A DNA stretch of 64,000 nt, from contig CAVULI010000007.1 of assembly GCA_963742295.1 (NCBI GenBank), positions 213,372-277,371 of the forward strand. The letters are read 5' to 3'. The notes under the pieces are model-generated. The model had not been told where the DNA came from and did not search any database. It saw only the letters and a program-made list of their open reading frames with translations. The translations under genes were made by a program, and so were the position numbers. The DNA is from an uncultured Verrucomicrobiae bacterium. GTDB lineage: Bacteria; Verrucomicrobiota; Verrucomicrobiia; Chthoniobacterales; UBA10450. Within the stretch, counting starts at the first letter, position 1; the number at the start of each line of letters is the position of its first letter. Below are positions 9,961-20,408 of the stretch, in pieces.

Positions 9961-11210
9961 AGACGCTCGCTGTCCTCAACGCGTCGCAGTTGGTTACGCT
10001 GGCCGGCCCGGCGCGGCCGCGCATCGGCTTGGAAATGCGCGAACTCGCCGTCATCCGCGATGGCGGTCTGCTCGTGCGCGATGGTGTGATTACGGCGATC
10101 GGCAGTGCCGAAGAAATCGAACGTGCGGTGCCAAGTGATGCCGTCGTGGTGGACGCCGGTGATCGCGTGGTCCTGCCCGGATTTGTCGACGCACACACGC
10201 ATCCGGTTTTCGCCGGAAATCGGGTCGAGGAATTCGAACAGCGCTCGTTAGGCAGGAGCTACGAGGAGATCGCAGCCGCGGGCGGCGGAATTCGTTCGAC
10301 TGTGCGCAAGACGCGCGCGGCGACGGACGAACAACTGGCCGCGCAGGCTTTGCAACATGCGCGCTGGTTCCTTGAATGCGGAACGACGACAGTGGAGGCA
10401 AAGTCAGGTTACGGCCTGACAACGGAAGACGAACTTAGGATTTTGCGCGTGATTCGCGATGTCGGAACGCGCACGACTCTCGAGTTTGTCCCGACATTCC
10501 TCGGCGCCCATGCGATTCCAGAAGGATTCGAGCTGCGGCGCTACGCAGACCTGGTGATCGATGAAATGCTGCCGCGGGTGATGGCGGAGAAGCTGGCGGA
10601 ATACTGCGATATCTTTTGCGAAGGTGGTTACTTTGATGTCGAGACAACGCGTCGAGTCTTGAGCGCGGCGAAACAAAAAGGTCTGGGCCTGCGCATGCAC
10701 GTGGACCAGCTATCGAATTGCGGTGGCGCGGCGCTCGCCGCTGAACTGGGCGCAGTGACGGCGGATCACCTGGAGCAGACGGAACGTGACGGCATCGCCG
10801 CAATGGTGAAGGCGAAAGTGCAGCCGGTTTTGCTGCCCGGTTCGGTCTACTCGTTAGGCAAAACGCGTTATCCAAAAGCGCGTGAAATGATTGATACCGG
10901 CTTGGCCGTGGTTCTTGCGACCGACTTCAATCCGGGTTCCTCGCCCACGCCATCGATGCCGATGATGCTCTCGCTGGCCGCAACGCAAATGAAGATGACC
11001 CCGACGGAAAGCATGACCGCGGCGACGATCAATGCGGCCTACAGTTTGAATCGCGGCGGCAAGATCGGGTCGCTCGAAGTCGGGAAGCTGGCGAATTTCT
11101 CCATCTTCGATTGCGAGGATTACCGCGAGATTGCCTATTACTTTGGGATGCCACACGTCCATTCGGTTTTTGTGCGCGGGCAAAAAGCGTTTACTGTCGC
11201 TGCTTCATGA
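9945..11210 (+). CDS. hutI: Imidazolonepropionase
   Basis: Amidohydrolase-fold motifs ([30 protein letters not shown]). I chose ATG 9945 ([10 protein letters not shown]...). The longer track ORF from 9759 overlaps hutG in an implausible frame. Confidence 0.9.
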   Translation: MHAEVKTLAVLNASQLVTLAGPARPRIGLEMRELAVIRDGGLLVRDGVITAIGSAEEIERAVPSDAVVVDAGDRVVLPGFVDAHTHPVFAGNRVEEFEQRSLGRSYEEIAAAGGGIRSTVRKTRAATDEQLAAQALQHARWFLECGTTTVEAKSGYGLTTEDELRILRVIRDVGTRTTLEFVPTFLGAHAIPEGFELRRYADLVIDEMLPRVMAEKLAEYCDIFCEGGYFDVETTRRVLSAAKQKGLGLRMHVDQLSNCGGAALAAELGAVTADHLEQTERDGIAAMVKAKVQPVLLPGSVYSLGKTRYPKAREMIDTGLAVVLATDFNPGSSPTPSMPMMLSLAATQMKMTPTESMTAATINAAYSLNRGGKIGSLEVGKLANFSIFDCEDYREIAYYFGMPHVHSVFVRGQKAFTVAAS

Positions 11211-12554
11211 AAGTTGAAGTGGAACAGCAGCCGCAGAGCACCGCGACTCTGCGGATTGAATTGCCGCCGGACGAGGTGCGCAAGGAATGGGACGCGATTA
11301 CGCAGAATTATGCGCGTTACGCACGCATCCCGGGTTATCGGCCGGGCAAAGCACCGAAGCCGGTGATCGAGAAGAAATTTCGCAAAGAGATCCAGGAAGA
11401 GGTGACGAAGAAGCTCGTCTCGAAGAGTTATCACGAAGCCGTCGCGCAACAGCACCTGCGCGTGGTGAGCCTGACGAATCTGGAAGACGTTGAGTTCGGC
11501 GACGATCGCTCAATGCGTTTTCGCGCCACGGTTGTGACCGCGCCGGAATTCGAGCTGCCGGATTACAAGAGCATTCCGGTCGAGGTGCCGTCGGCGGAAG
11601 TGAAGAGCGAAGAAGTGGACGCGAGCTTGGAGCGTTTGCGCGAACAGTCCGCCGATTTCGTGGATGCGCCGGAGCGTCCGCTGGCGATGGAAGATTTCGC
11701 CGTGCTCGATTTTGAGGGCGCGGTGGACGGCGTTGCCATCGCCGAGTTAGCGCCGCAGGCGAGCAAGAACCTGCATGGCGGAAAGAAATTCTGGCTGCGC
11801 GTCGCGCCGGGAAATTTTATGCCGCAATTCTGCGAGCAGCTCGTGGGCATGAATCGCGGCGACACGCGCAGCGTGCAAGTTGAGTTTCCCGCAGATTTCC
11901 AGGTGGCGGAACTGGCGGGCAGGAAAGCCGATTACGCCGTCACGCTTGAATGAAATCAAAGACAAGGTGTTGCCGGAATTGAATGATGCTTTCGCGGCGA
12001 AACTACTGCCGGAGAAAACGCTGGCCGATCTTCGTCACGAGATGGAACACAATCTCGAGCACGAAAAAGAACACGAGATCGAACGGGCGAAGGAATCAGG
12101 CATCGTGCGCTATCTGCACGAACGGATCAGTTTTGATCTGCCGCCGGTGCTTTTGAAAAATGAAACACGACGCGCCTTGAATGAACTGGTGCATCGCAAC
12201 CGTGAACGCGGCGTGCCGGACGAAATGTTGAAGGGCAAGGAGAAGGAATTAATCGAAGGCGCGGGATCACTGGCGGCGCATCGATTGAAAACGAACTTCA
12301 TTCTTCATCGCATCGCGGAGAAGGAAAAAATCACGGTGACGCGCGAGGAAATCGACGAGCGCATTCGCGAACAGGCCCGCGCCTACAACATTTCCGTGGA
12401 GAAAATGCGCAAGGAATTGGAGGAGCATGATCGATTGGATGGCCTCGCGGAAGAGATCCTGCTGGGTAAGACTCTTGATTTGTTAAAGTCGAATGTTAGC
12501 GTCCAGCCGCTTACGGAAACGGCGACGCCAAGTGTTCCGTTGCCTAACGAATGA
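11207..12554 (+). CDS. tig: Trigger factor; reading frame interrupted at about 11946
   Basis: The N-terminal part [20 protein letters not shown]...[18 protein letters not shown] ends at TGA 11951-11953. The C-terminal part [20 protein letters not shown]... continues in frame +1 to 12554. ATGA overlaps with the hutI stop and the clpP start. Confidence 0.9.
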
Positions 12555-13246
12555 ATTTTAGAAACGAAAATCGCTCACAGTCCGTGCTGGTTCCGATGGT
12601 GGTGGAACAGACCGGGCGAGGGGAACGCAGTTACGATATCTATTCGCGCCTGCTCAAGGACCGCATCGTTTTCATCGGTACGCCGATCGACGATCACATC
12701 GCCAATCTCGTCATTGCGCAGTTGCTCTTCCTGCAAATGGAAGACGGCAAGAAGGACATCAACGTTTACATCAATTCGCCGGGCGGATCGGTTTCGGCAG
12801 GGCTGGCTATTTATGACACCATGCAGTTCCTGACCTGCGACGTTACGACCTACTGCATCGGTCTTGCGGCCAGCATGGGCGCAGTTTTGCTTTGCGCAGG
12901 AACGAAAGGGAAACGGTTCGCGTTGCCCAATTCCGACATCATGATCCACCAGGTCTCCGGCGGCGCGCAGGGCCAGGCGAGCGATGTGGAGCGGACGGTC
13001 GAATACATGTTCAAGCTCAAGAAACGCCTGATCAAGATCATCTCCTCCCACACCGGGCAGCCGGAGGAAAAGGTCCGGCTCGACTCGGACCGCGATTACT
13101 TTTTGTCCGCGGCCGAGGCAAGGGAGTACGGCCTGGTGGACGAGGTGATCAAGTCGCGCAAAGAGGCGAGATTGATCGAGGGCACAGTTGGGAAAGAGGC
13201 AGTTGCGATCGCTGAAGCAGCCCTGCCGCACAAAATAGAGGAATAA
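12551..13246 (+). CDS. clpP: ATP-dependent Clp protease proteolytic subunit
   Basis: 231 aa with [17 protein letters not shown], active-site Ser context [11 protein letters not shown] and His context IMIHQVSGG. Confidence 0.95.
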   Translation: MNFRNENRSQSVLVPMVVEQTGRGERSYDIYSRLLKDRIVFIGTPIDDHIANLVIAQLLFLQMEDGKKDINVYINSPGGSVSAGLAIYDTMQFLTCDVTTYCIGLAASMGAVLLCAGTKGKRFALPNSDIMIHQVSGGAQGQASDVERTVEYMFKLKKRLIKIISSHTGQPEEKVRLDSDRDYFLSAAEAREYGLVDEVIKSRKEARLIEGTVGKEAVAIAEAALPHKIEE

Positions 13247-13274
13247 AAGTTGCTCTAAAAAGCGCCGGAACCCC

Positions 13275-14555
13275 ATGGCACGCGCTTCAAATCTGACGAT
13301 GTGCTCCTTCTGTGGCAAAAGCCACGCGGAGGTGCGCAAGCTCATCGCCGGCCCCGGCGTCTACATTTGCGACAGTTGCATCAACGTCTGCAAGAGCATC
13401 CTCGACAAAGAACTGAACGAAGACGCCAGGCGCCAATCCTCCAATATAACTGTGCCGAAGCCGGCGGAAATTCGCCGCTCGTTAGACCAGTATGTCATCG
13501 GCCAGGATATCGCGAAAAAGACGCTCTCGGTTGCGGTCCATAATCACTTCAAACGCGTCCTGCAAAGTGCCCCGACCACCGACGGATCGACCGCATTTCA
13601 GCCCGATCCGTTCGCGGACGTCGAAATCGAAAAGAGCAACATTTTGTTAATAGGTCCGACAGGTTCGGGCAAAACGCTGCTGGCGAAAACGCTGGCAAAA
13701 ATATTAGATGTGCCTTTTTGCATCGCCGATGCGACGACTCTGACCGAGGCCGGATATGTCGGAGAAGACGTCGAAAATATCATTCTGCGGCTGCTGCAAA
13801 ATGCCGATTACGATGTCAAGCGTGCCGAAATTGGGATCGTCTACATTGACGAAATCGACAAGATCGGACGCAAGACCGACAACGTCTCCATCACGCGCGA
13901 CGTTTCCGGCGAAGGCGTGCAGCAGGCATTGCTGAAGATTCTCGAAGGCAGCACCTGCAATGTTCCGCCGCAGGGCGGACGCAAACATCCGCATCAGGAA
14001 TACATTCAGGTCAACACCGAGAAGATTCTCTTCATCTGCGGCGGTGCCTTTGTCGGACTGGACAAGATTGTGCAGAAGCGCATCGGCAAAAAGACCATGG
14101 GCTTTGGCAGTCCGTCGCTGGAAGTCGAGGAAGCACTCGCCAAGGTCGCGGTACGCCAGACTGAGCCGGAAGATTTGTTGAGTTTCGGAATGATTCCGGA
14201 ATTCATCGGTCGTCTGCCGGTTGTGACTGCGCTCGACGCGTTGACCGAAGACGAGATGGTGCAGATTCTGACCGAAACGAAGAACGCAATGATCAAGCAA
14301 TACACCAAGCTCTTCGCCATGGAAGGCGTGCGCTTGAGTGTGACCAAGGATGCGTTGCGTGCGCTGGCTGCTCAGGCGGTGACGAAAGGAACCGGCGCGC
14401 GTGCGTTGCGATCGATGCTCGAGCGTATCATGCTCGACATCATGTACGACGTGCCCAGCCGCGAGGATATTGCGGAAGTCACGATCAATCGTGCAGTGGT
14501 CGACGGGAAGAAACAGCCGCTCATTCGCAAGAAGCAGGACAAAGACGCCGCTTAA
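13275..14555 (+). CDS. clpX: ATP-dependent Clp protease ATP-binding subunit ClpX
   Basis: Zinc ribbon CSFCGK...YICDSC, Walker [12 protein letters not shown]-like loop region. 426 aa. Confidence 0.96.
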   Translation: MARASNLTMCSFCGKSHAEVRKLIAGPGVYICDSCINVCKSILDKELNEDARRQSSNITVPKPAEIRRSLDQYVIGQDIAKKTLSVAVHNHFKRVLQSAPTTDGSTAFQPDPFADVEIEKSNILLIGPTGSGKTLLAKTLAKILDVPFCIADATTLTEAGYVGEDVENIILRLLQNADYDVKRAEIGIVYIDEIDKIGRKTDNVSITRDVSGEGVQQALLKILEGSTCNVPPQGGRKHPHQEYIQVNTEKILFICGGAFVGLDKIVQKRIGKKTMGFGSPSLEVEEALAKVAVRQTEPEDLLSFGMIPEFIGRLPVVTALDALTEDEMVQILTETKNAMIKQYTKLFAMEGVRLSVTKDALRALAAQAVTKGTGARALRSMLERIMLDIMYDVPSREDIAEVTINRAVVDGKKQPLIRKKQDKDAA

Positions 14556-14576
14556 GCCTACGTTCGTCGCCTCGCG

Positions 14577-15800
14577 ATGAACGTGGTCGTGATCAATACC
14601 GGGACCGAGCTGTTGCTCGGCAGCGTGCTCAACACGCATCTCAACTTTATCGCCCGACAACTTTTTCCCTTCGGTTTGCGGGTCGGCAAACAGCTGACCG
14701 TTCCGGATGGCGACGCAATTCGCGAAACGTTGCAGGAGAATTTCCCGCGGGCCGACTTGATTTTCGTCACCGGTGGACTCGGGCCGACGACCGACGACAT
14801 CACGCGGGAAATAACAGCGGAATTGCTTGGGCTCAGGTTGCGGCGCGATGAAGAAATCGCCGCGGGCATAACGAAGCGACTGCGCTCGCGCGGATTTCCA
14901 ATGACCAACCGCATTCTTCGCCAGGCAAATGTGCCGGAGGGAGCAATCGCCTTACCTAACGAGAATGGAACGGCCCCGGGCTTATATCTGGCCGCGACCG
15001 CGAGCAGTCCGCACCTTTTTCTCCTGCCGGGGCCGCCGCGCGAACTGGAGCCGATGTTTCGCGAATCGGTGGTGCCAATCCTGCGCGCCATCGCGGCGGA
15101 AAGTGCGGCGCTGGATTGCCGGACGTTTCGTATCACCGGTGTTGGCGAATCGATTGTTGAGGCGGCCGTTGGCGAAAAAATTCTCGCGCTTTCTCAAATT
15201 GAACTTGGTTATTGCGCACGACCGGGCGAGGTCGATGTGCGTTTGCTTGGAGTAAGCGCGATCCTCGACGAAGCCGAAGCGCTGATCAGGAACGCGTTCC
15301 CGACCAAAATCTACACCACCAACGATGAGCACCTCGAAGAAGTCGTGATTCGTTTGCTTGCCGGGAAGAGCCAGACGGTGGCGACAGCGGAATCGTGCAC
15401 CGGCGGTTATCTGGGTCATCGCCTGACCAATGTTCCCGGCGCCTCCGCCGTTTATCTCGGCGGGTTCATCAGCTACGCGAACGAACTGAAAATTGCCGAA
15501 CTCGGCGTTTCCGAAAATTTGATTGCGGAGAATGGTGCGGTCAGTCGAGTGGTCGCGAGCGCAATGGCGGAAGGGGCGCGAAAAAGAACAAATGCGACGC
15601 ACGCGTTGGCCACAACGGGAATCGCCGGTCCAAGTGGCGGCTCGGAAGAAAAACCAGTCGGCACTGTTTTCATCGGGCTGGCTTCCGCCGGCGCGGAGAC
15701 AGAAGTGCAACGCTTCCGTTATTTCACCGACCGAAAAAGCTTCAAACGCCTAACGACGCAAACCGCGCTGGAAATGTTGCGGCAGCGCTTGATCGCCTAG
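14577..15800 (+). CDS. cinA: CinA family protein (MoCF-binding domain plus nicotinamide-nucleotide amidohydrolase PncC domain)
   Basis: 407 aa. N-terminal VINTGTELLLG...VTGGLGPTTDDIT and C-terminal TAESCTGGYLGHRLT. Confidence 0.88.
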   Translation: MNVVVINTGTELLLGSVLNTHLNFIARQLFPFGLRVGKQLTVPDGDAIRETLQENFPRADLIFVTGGLGPTTDDITREITAELLGLRLRRDEEIAAGITKRLRSRGFPMTNRILRQANVPEGAIALPNENGTAPGLYLAATASSPHLFLLPGPPRELEPMFRESVVPILRAIAAESAALDCRTFRITGVGESIVEAAVGEKILALSQIELGYCARPGEVDVRLLGVSAILDEAEALIRNAFPTKIYTTNDEHLEEVVIRLLAGKSQTVATAESCTGGYLGHRLTNVPGASAVYLGGFISYANELKIAELGVSENLIAENGAVSRVVASAMAEGARKRTNATHALATTGIAGPSGGSEEKPVGTVFIGLASAGAETEVQRFRYFTDRKSFKRLTTQTALEMLRQRLIA

Positions 15801-16480
15801 TCGTACTTCACCGTGACAGGTGTGCCGATTTTGACCTTGGCGTAAAACATCTCGGCGCCTTGCGGCGGCATACGGATGCAACCATGCGAGGCCGGGTAGC
15901 CTGGCAGAATGCCGACGTGCATTCCGACGCCTTCGCCGGTCAGGCGCATGAACCACAACATCGGCGCGCCGACGTAATGCGTGCCACTGGGCGCTGAGTC
16001 GATTTTCAGGCTAACCCCTCCGCGCACCACTCGTCCTGAATTGTCGACGAAATCGCCGTAAATACTCGAGCGATGATCTTTGTCCTTCTCCATGACCGAG
16101 AAGCTTCCGGTGGGCGTCATGCCGGCACGTTTGCCGGACGAAATCGGCGATTCGATCGCAACTTGATCGCCGTTCAACAAATAGGCGCGCTGTTTACTTA
16201 GATTCACAACCACGCGCGCCGAATCCGGTGAAAGGTTTTCGTAAGCCGATTTGTTAACCGAGACCGGCGGCGGCTTGATGATCAACTGCGAAGCTTTTTT
16301 CATCGGCTGCGCCGGCACGGGCGTAAAGCCGGGGCGTAACGTCGGCGGGCGCGACGAGCGAGTCAGCTGGGCAGAAGAGATTAGCGCCAGCCCGAGGAAG
16401 AGCAGCGCTGCGAGGAAAAGGCGAAGAATTCTGGGCGTCACGCGGTTCAATGTGCGTAGCTGTTGACGCGCTGCAACCAT
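15797..16480 (-). CDS. L,D-transpeptidase (YkuD domain), secreted or membrane-anchored
   Basis: 227 aa with an N-terminal hydrophobic anchor and the catalytic HGCIRMPPQGAEMFY near the C-terminus. Confidence 0.85.
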   Translation of the reverse strand: MVAARQQLRTLNRVTPRILRLFLAALLFLGLALISSAQLTRSSRPPTLRPGFTPVPAQPMKKASQLIIKPPPVSVNKSAYENLSPDSARVVVNLSKQRAYLLNGDQVAIESPISSGKRAGMTPTGSFSVMEKDKDHRSSIYGDFVDNSGRVVRGGVSLKIDSAPSGTHYVGAPMLWFMRLTGEGVGMHVGILPGYPASHGCIRMPPQGAEMFYAKVKIGTPVTVKYD

Positions 16481-17313
16481 CCGGGCAACCAGCGGGCCTC
16501 ATTTCGCTCCGGGGGAGCGTTCTCTACCCGCTGTTTCAGGACGCGTCCGGCGGAGGCGGCGAATTCCGCAACAGCGCTGTGATCATTTTCATTCATACCA
16601 ATTAGGACTTGGAGCAGCCCCCATCCTTGCCCGTGATACCGCTCCGTGTCGAGCACACCTTCACCTTTAAAGTTAACATAATCTACCAAAGCGTAGCAGC
16701 CGGCGGGTGAGCCTGCCACCCGGTCGAACTGCCGCTGCACCCGGTCGCGCTCGCCCGCCGCTGCGGCCGCGAGCATCTTCGGGAGCGCCTTTTGCAGGCG
16801 TTGCACCAGGAAATCGGTCTGCAAATCAACTGTTTCGGAGAGAAATCGGCGGAGTTCTTTCATCGGCGCGCCGTTCGACGCGGCCAGAAATTGGGCTCGA
16901 TTGACCCAGGGGCAGCCGGAATCGCGGTTCTCGGCTACAACGGACGGAAGTTTCACGCCGCGGCCCGAAGCGTAGCTGGCGAATTCCGGAAAACTTTCGT
17001 CAAACGGTCCGCGAACGCCTTTGGGATACCAGATAAAATGGCCGATGCCGAGCGACGCGAAATTCTCCCCGGCATTCCACGACGTGAGACCGGCGACGGT
17101 CCCGCCGCATTCGTTTTGCCAAACCTTGTGTCCGATGCGCTGGGCTTCGGCGCGGGAAAGGGTGATCGCTTCCGCAGGTGACACCGTCGCGAGCAGCGCC
17201 ACGAAAAGGCTGGCCGCCCAGCGTCTTGACGTGCCGAGCTTCGCCGCTAGCGTGCAATCCCTCGTCGGGCGGCTGCATCGTGCGGGCGCCTGTTTCGTCG
17301 GACCATTTTTCAT
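16447..17313 (-). CDS. Conserved hypothetical secreted protein
   Basis: Long ORF with signal-like RRWAASLFVALLATVSPAEA. The start is uncertain because the track ORF extends to 17385 and would overlap fkpA. I recognise no family. Confidence 0.45.
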   Translation of the reverse strand: MKNGPTKQAPARCSRPTRDCTLAAKLGTSRRWAASLFVALLATVSPAEAITLSRAEAQRIGHKVWQNECGGTVAGLTSWNAGENFASLGIGHFIWYPKGVRGPFDESFPEFASYASGRGVKLPSVVAENRDSGCPWVNRAQFLAASNGAPMKELRRFLSETVDLQTDFLVQRLQKALPKMLAAAAAGERDRVQRQFDRVAGSPAGCYALVDYVNFKGEGVLDTERYHGQGWGLLQVLIGMNENDHSAVAEFAASAGRVLKQRVENAPPERNEARWLPGWLQRVNSYAH

Positions 17314-18082
17314 GAAAAAACTTTGCACCATCTTGCCCGCCATCCTGCTCGCGCTCCCCGCCTGGGCCGAGGATTCACCGCTCAAGGACGAACGCGACCG
17401 GGTCAGTTACAGCATGGGCGTCGATATCGGAACCACGTTCAAAAAGCAAGGCGTGGACGTTAACCCCGAAATCCTGATGCGTGGCTTGAAGGACGGAGTC
17501 AGCGGCGCGACGCCACTCATGACCGAGGAACAACGAGAGACGACCATGCGGCAGTATACCAAGGCCATGATTGAAAAGCAGAACTCGATCAACCAGGAGC
17601 TGGCAGTCAAGAACAGCGCCGCCGGGGAAAAATTTCTGGCCGAGAACAAGGCGAAGGACGGAGTCAAAACCACCGCGAGCGGCCTGCAGTACAAGGTGCT
17701 AAAGGAAGGCAGCGGGCCGATGCCGAAGGAGACCGATACCGTGGTGACACATTATCGCGGCACGCTGCTCAACGGCACGGAGTTCGACAGCTCCTACAAG
17801 CGCAACGAACCGACGAGCTTTCCGGTTAATCGCGTCATCAAAGGCTGGACCGAGGCGCTGCAAATGATGAAGGCCGGCTCGAAGTATCAGCTCTTCATTC
17901 CGGCGAGTCTCGCCTACGGCGAACGCGGCGCACAAAGCGGCGGAATCGGGCCTAACGAGACGTTGATCTTCGAAGTCGAGTTGCTCGAGGTAAAGCCTGC
18001 GCCAGGCCAGGATGCACTGGGGGCAGGCCGTCCAGCTCCGGCCGCAACACCGGCGGCCTCGGCCAAGCCGGACAAAAAGTAA
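17312..18082 (+). CDS. fkpA: FKBP-type peptidyl-prolyl isomerase (FkpA/Mip-like)
   Basis: Signal peptide MKKLCTILPAILLALPAWA, an N-terminal dimerisation-type helix region, and the FKBP domain YRGTLLNGTEFDSSY...LFIPASLAYGERG. Confidence 0.88.
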   Translation: MKKLCTILPAILLALPAWAEDSPLKDERDRVSYSMGVDIGTTFKKQGVDVNPEILMRGLKDGVSGATPLMTEEQRETTMRQYTKAMIEKQNSINQELAVKNSAAGEKFLAENKAKDGVKTTASGLQYKVLKEGSGPMPKETDTVVTHYRGTLLNGTEFDSSYKRNEPTSFPVNRVIKGWTEALQMMKAGSKYQLFIPASLAYGERGAQSGGIGPNETLIFEVELLEVKPAPGQDALGAGRPAPAATPAASAKPDKK

Positions 18083-18127
18083 CCACTCGTTAGGCCACGC
18101 CTGCATCGCTATGCGAAGCATTGCGGG

Positions 18128-18481
18128 CTAGGCGGCTTTTTCCCAGGCGAGCCGCGGCGCGTCGCCCCACAAATCTTCCAGGCTGTAGAAAGCGCGCTTT
18201 TCGGCGTGAAAGATGTGGACGATCACCTGCATGTAGTCGAGCACGATCCATTGGCTGGCGGGAAATCCATCCACCGCCACCGGCCGCGTGGCGTGCTCCT
18301 GTTTTAGTTGCACCTCGATCTCGCCCGCGATCGCTTTCAATTGCGGCTCCGAGCTGGCCGAGCAGATGACAAAAAAATCGGTGAAGGTGGAGATGTCGCG
18401 CAAATCCAGCACGACGATGTCCTCCGCCTTCTTGTTCGAGGCCAGCTCAGCGCAGAGTTTCGCTAGTTCTTCCGAGCTTAT
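18128..18481 (-). CDS. rsfS: Ribosome silencing factor RsfS (iojap family); start codon unclear
   Basis: Contains AEDIVVLDLRDISTFTDFFVICSASSEPQLKAIAGEI...IVHIFHAEKRAFYSLEDLW. The conserved N-terminal helix (SSEELAKLCAELASNKK) lies upstream of the first GTG (18412) and has no canonical start. Only an ATA at 18481-18479 is available, and it overlaps the nadD stop. Confidence 0.75.
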   Translation of the reverse strand: MSSEELAKLCAELASNKKAEDIVVLDLRDISTFTDFFVICSASSEPQLKAIAGEIEVQLKQEHATRPVAVDGFPASQWIVLDYMQVIVHIFHAEKRAFYSLEDLWGDAPRLAWEKAA

Positions 18482-19092
18482 TTTTGCGGCTCCCGGTAAA
18501 GCTGTTCGCGCGTAATGATTTCTTCCACCGCTGCCGGTACGAGATAACGAATCGACCGGCCAGTGGCAACTCTCTTTCTGATTTCCGTCGCCGAAATATC
18601 GATGTGCCTTGCGATCATCGGCAGGTCACAACGCACGGGCGCGAAGCCGCGATGCAGGACGACAAATTGGACGAGCGCGCGCAGTTCTTGAATGCGATGC
18701 CACGTTTCCAATTTGGAGAGGTTGTCCGCGCCGATCAGGTAGAAAAACTGATCTTCCGGCGCACGGCGTTTCAATTCCGTCATCGTATCAAAAGTGTAGG
18801 ACGGCGGCGGACGGTTGAGTTCCAATTCGTCGAGACAGAATCGCGCTTCGCCTGCGATCGCGGCCCGCAACATTTCCACGCGCACGGGACCGGGCGCGGA
18901 TGTTTGCGACAGTTTGTGCGGCGAAGCGGCCGCGGGCACGAAAACAATTTCATCCAACTCCAGTTTTTCCAACGCCTCGCGCGCCAGGATCAAGTGAGCG
19001 TGATGAACCGGATCGAAGGTTCCGCCGTAGACGCCGATCTTTTTCAAGCGCGCCAAGGTAGCGCAAACCTTCCCGCTTGCACGAACGACCAT
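18478..19092 (-). CDS. nadD: Nicotinate-nucleotide adenylyltransferase
   Basis: Contains IGVYGGTFDPVHHAHL and the SATEIRKRV-type C-terminal motif. The start is placed at Met16 of the track ORF (MVVRASGK...). Confidence 0.88.
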   Translation of the reverse strand: MVVRASGKVCATLARLKKIGVYGGTFDPVHHAHLILAREALEKLELDEIVFVPAAASPHKLSQTSAPGPVRVEMLRAAIAGEARFCLDELELNRPPPSYTFDTMTELKRRAPEDQFFYLIGADNLSKLETWHRIQELRALVQFVVLHRGFAPVRCDLPMIARHIDISATEIRKRVATGRSIRYLVPAAVEEIITREQLYREPQK

Positions 19093-19111
19093 GCAACCTA
19101 GAAGGTGGCGC

Positions 19112-20200
19112 ATGCATCCCGGCCAGCTTCTTCTCACCGGCGTTCCCGGTCCGGAACTCGACGCCGGGACCGCCGCGCTCTTCCGCCGGGTTCAACCGGG
19201 CGGCTTCATTCTCTTCGGCCGCAACATCAAGAGCGCGCCGCAACTGCGGAAGCTCATCGACGATCTGCGCGAGTTGACCGAAAACCCGATCATCACCATC
19301 GACCAGGAAGGCGGGCGCGTTTCGCGCTTGCGCCTGATCGGCAACGAACCGCCCAACGCGCAGCAATTGCGCGACCGGGATGATCCAGAACTCGTTAGGC
19401 AACACGGCCAGATCACAGGGCGTTTGCTGCGACTTTTCGGCTTCAATCTCGATCTTTGTCCGGTGCTCGACATTTCCTTCGACGACGATGCGGACAATTC
19501 CCTGCGCGGCCGTTGTTACGGAAGAGATGTCGAACAAGTCGTTAGGCTGGCCGGTGCTTTCAACGATGCCCTGCGCGCAGAAGGAATCGCGAGCTGCGGT
19601 AAACATTTCCCCGGTTACTCCGCCGCCCGCCTCGATGCGCATCATGATTTGCCGAAGATCGAGCGCACACGCGCGGAATTGGAAGCGAACGAACTCGCGG
19701 TCTTCCGTCAGTTCGCAAATCGCGTCGACAGTATGATGATTTGCCACGGCTGGTATCCGACCTTTGATCCCGAAAAACTTCCGGCATCGCTTTCGCCGCG
19801 CGTCGTCACCGAACTTCTGCGCGACGAGATGGCCTTTAAGGGTCTCATCATGACCGACGATCTCGACATGGGTGCGATCTACAACGAGTACGGATTGGAA
19901 GAAACAATCCGGCGGGCCATCGCGGCCGGGAATGATCTCGCCATGATTTGCCATCGCGTCGATCAAATCGGCGAAGCGCTGGCTGTTCTGAAAAAACTAC
20001 CACCACCCCAGACAAATCGCGCCTTGGAGAGTGTCACGCGTTTCAAGAAAAGGCTCGCGCCGGCGGAAAAATTTTCAGAAGAGAAATTTCGCGCGATCGA
20101 CTCCGAGATTTGGGATTTGCGGGTCGCGGTCCTCGGCGAAGAGCGTGCGGCAGAACGCAGCCCGGAAGACGGCGCGCGTTCACCGGTCGAGACTTACTAA
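19112..20200 (+). CDS. nagZ: Beta-N-acetylhexosaminidase (GH3, NagZ)
   Basis: Contains GQLLLTGVPG, GGFILFGRN and IDQEGGRVSRL. An alternative start is at 19091. Confidence 0.85.
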   Translation: MHPGQLLLTGVPGPELDAGTAALFRRVQPGGFILFGRNIKSAPQLRKLIDDLRELTENPIITIDQEGGRVSRLRLIGNEPPNAQQLRDRDDPELVRQHGQITGRLLRLFGFNLDLCPVLDISFDDDADNSLRGRCYGRDVEQVVRLAGAFNDALRAEGIASCGKHFPGYSAARLDAHHDLPKIERTRAELEANELAVFRQFANRVDSMMICHGWYPTFDPEKLPASLSPRVVTELLRDEMAFKGLIMTDDLDMGAIYNEYGLEETIRRAIAAGNDLAMICHRVDQIGEALAVLKKLPPPQTNRALESVTRFKKRLAPAEKFSEEKFRAIDSEIWDLRVAVLGEERAAERSPEDGARSPVETY

Positions 20201-20408
20201 GCGCGATTTTCACTCGGCGCCGCCGATCCTTTTGGCTAGCCTTCGGCCATTAGCCCGGCCGTTCGATTCTGCCAAGCCTGCGCGATTCTGGTCGCGCTCG
20301 TGTTGCCCATGCGCGCGGGAACAAATCCATACGCGTGGGACATCGCGGTTTGGGATCGGCTCCTGAATTCCGCGCCGCCGGAGCAGCGTTTGTTGCGCGC
20401 CCGGGGAC

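Noticed and set aside
7448-11952. GCTTGAATG as a programmed +1 frameshift signal shared by ftcD and tig.
   Set aside because: A third copy (8330-8338) is translated straight through as G-L-N-E. The ftcD site has no nearby stop or rare-codon pause. A single extra T explains both cases. I keep it only as a shared-context observation.
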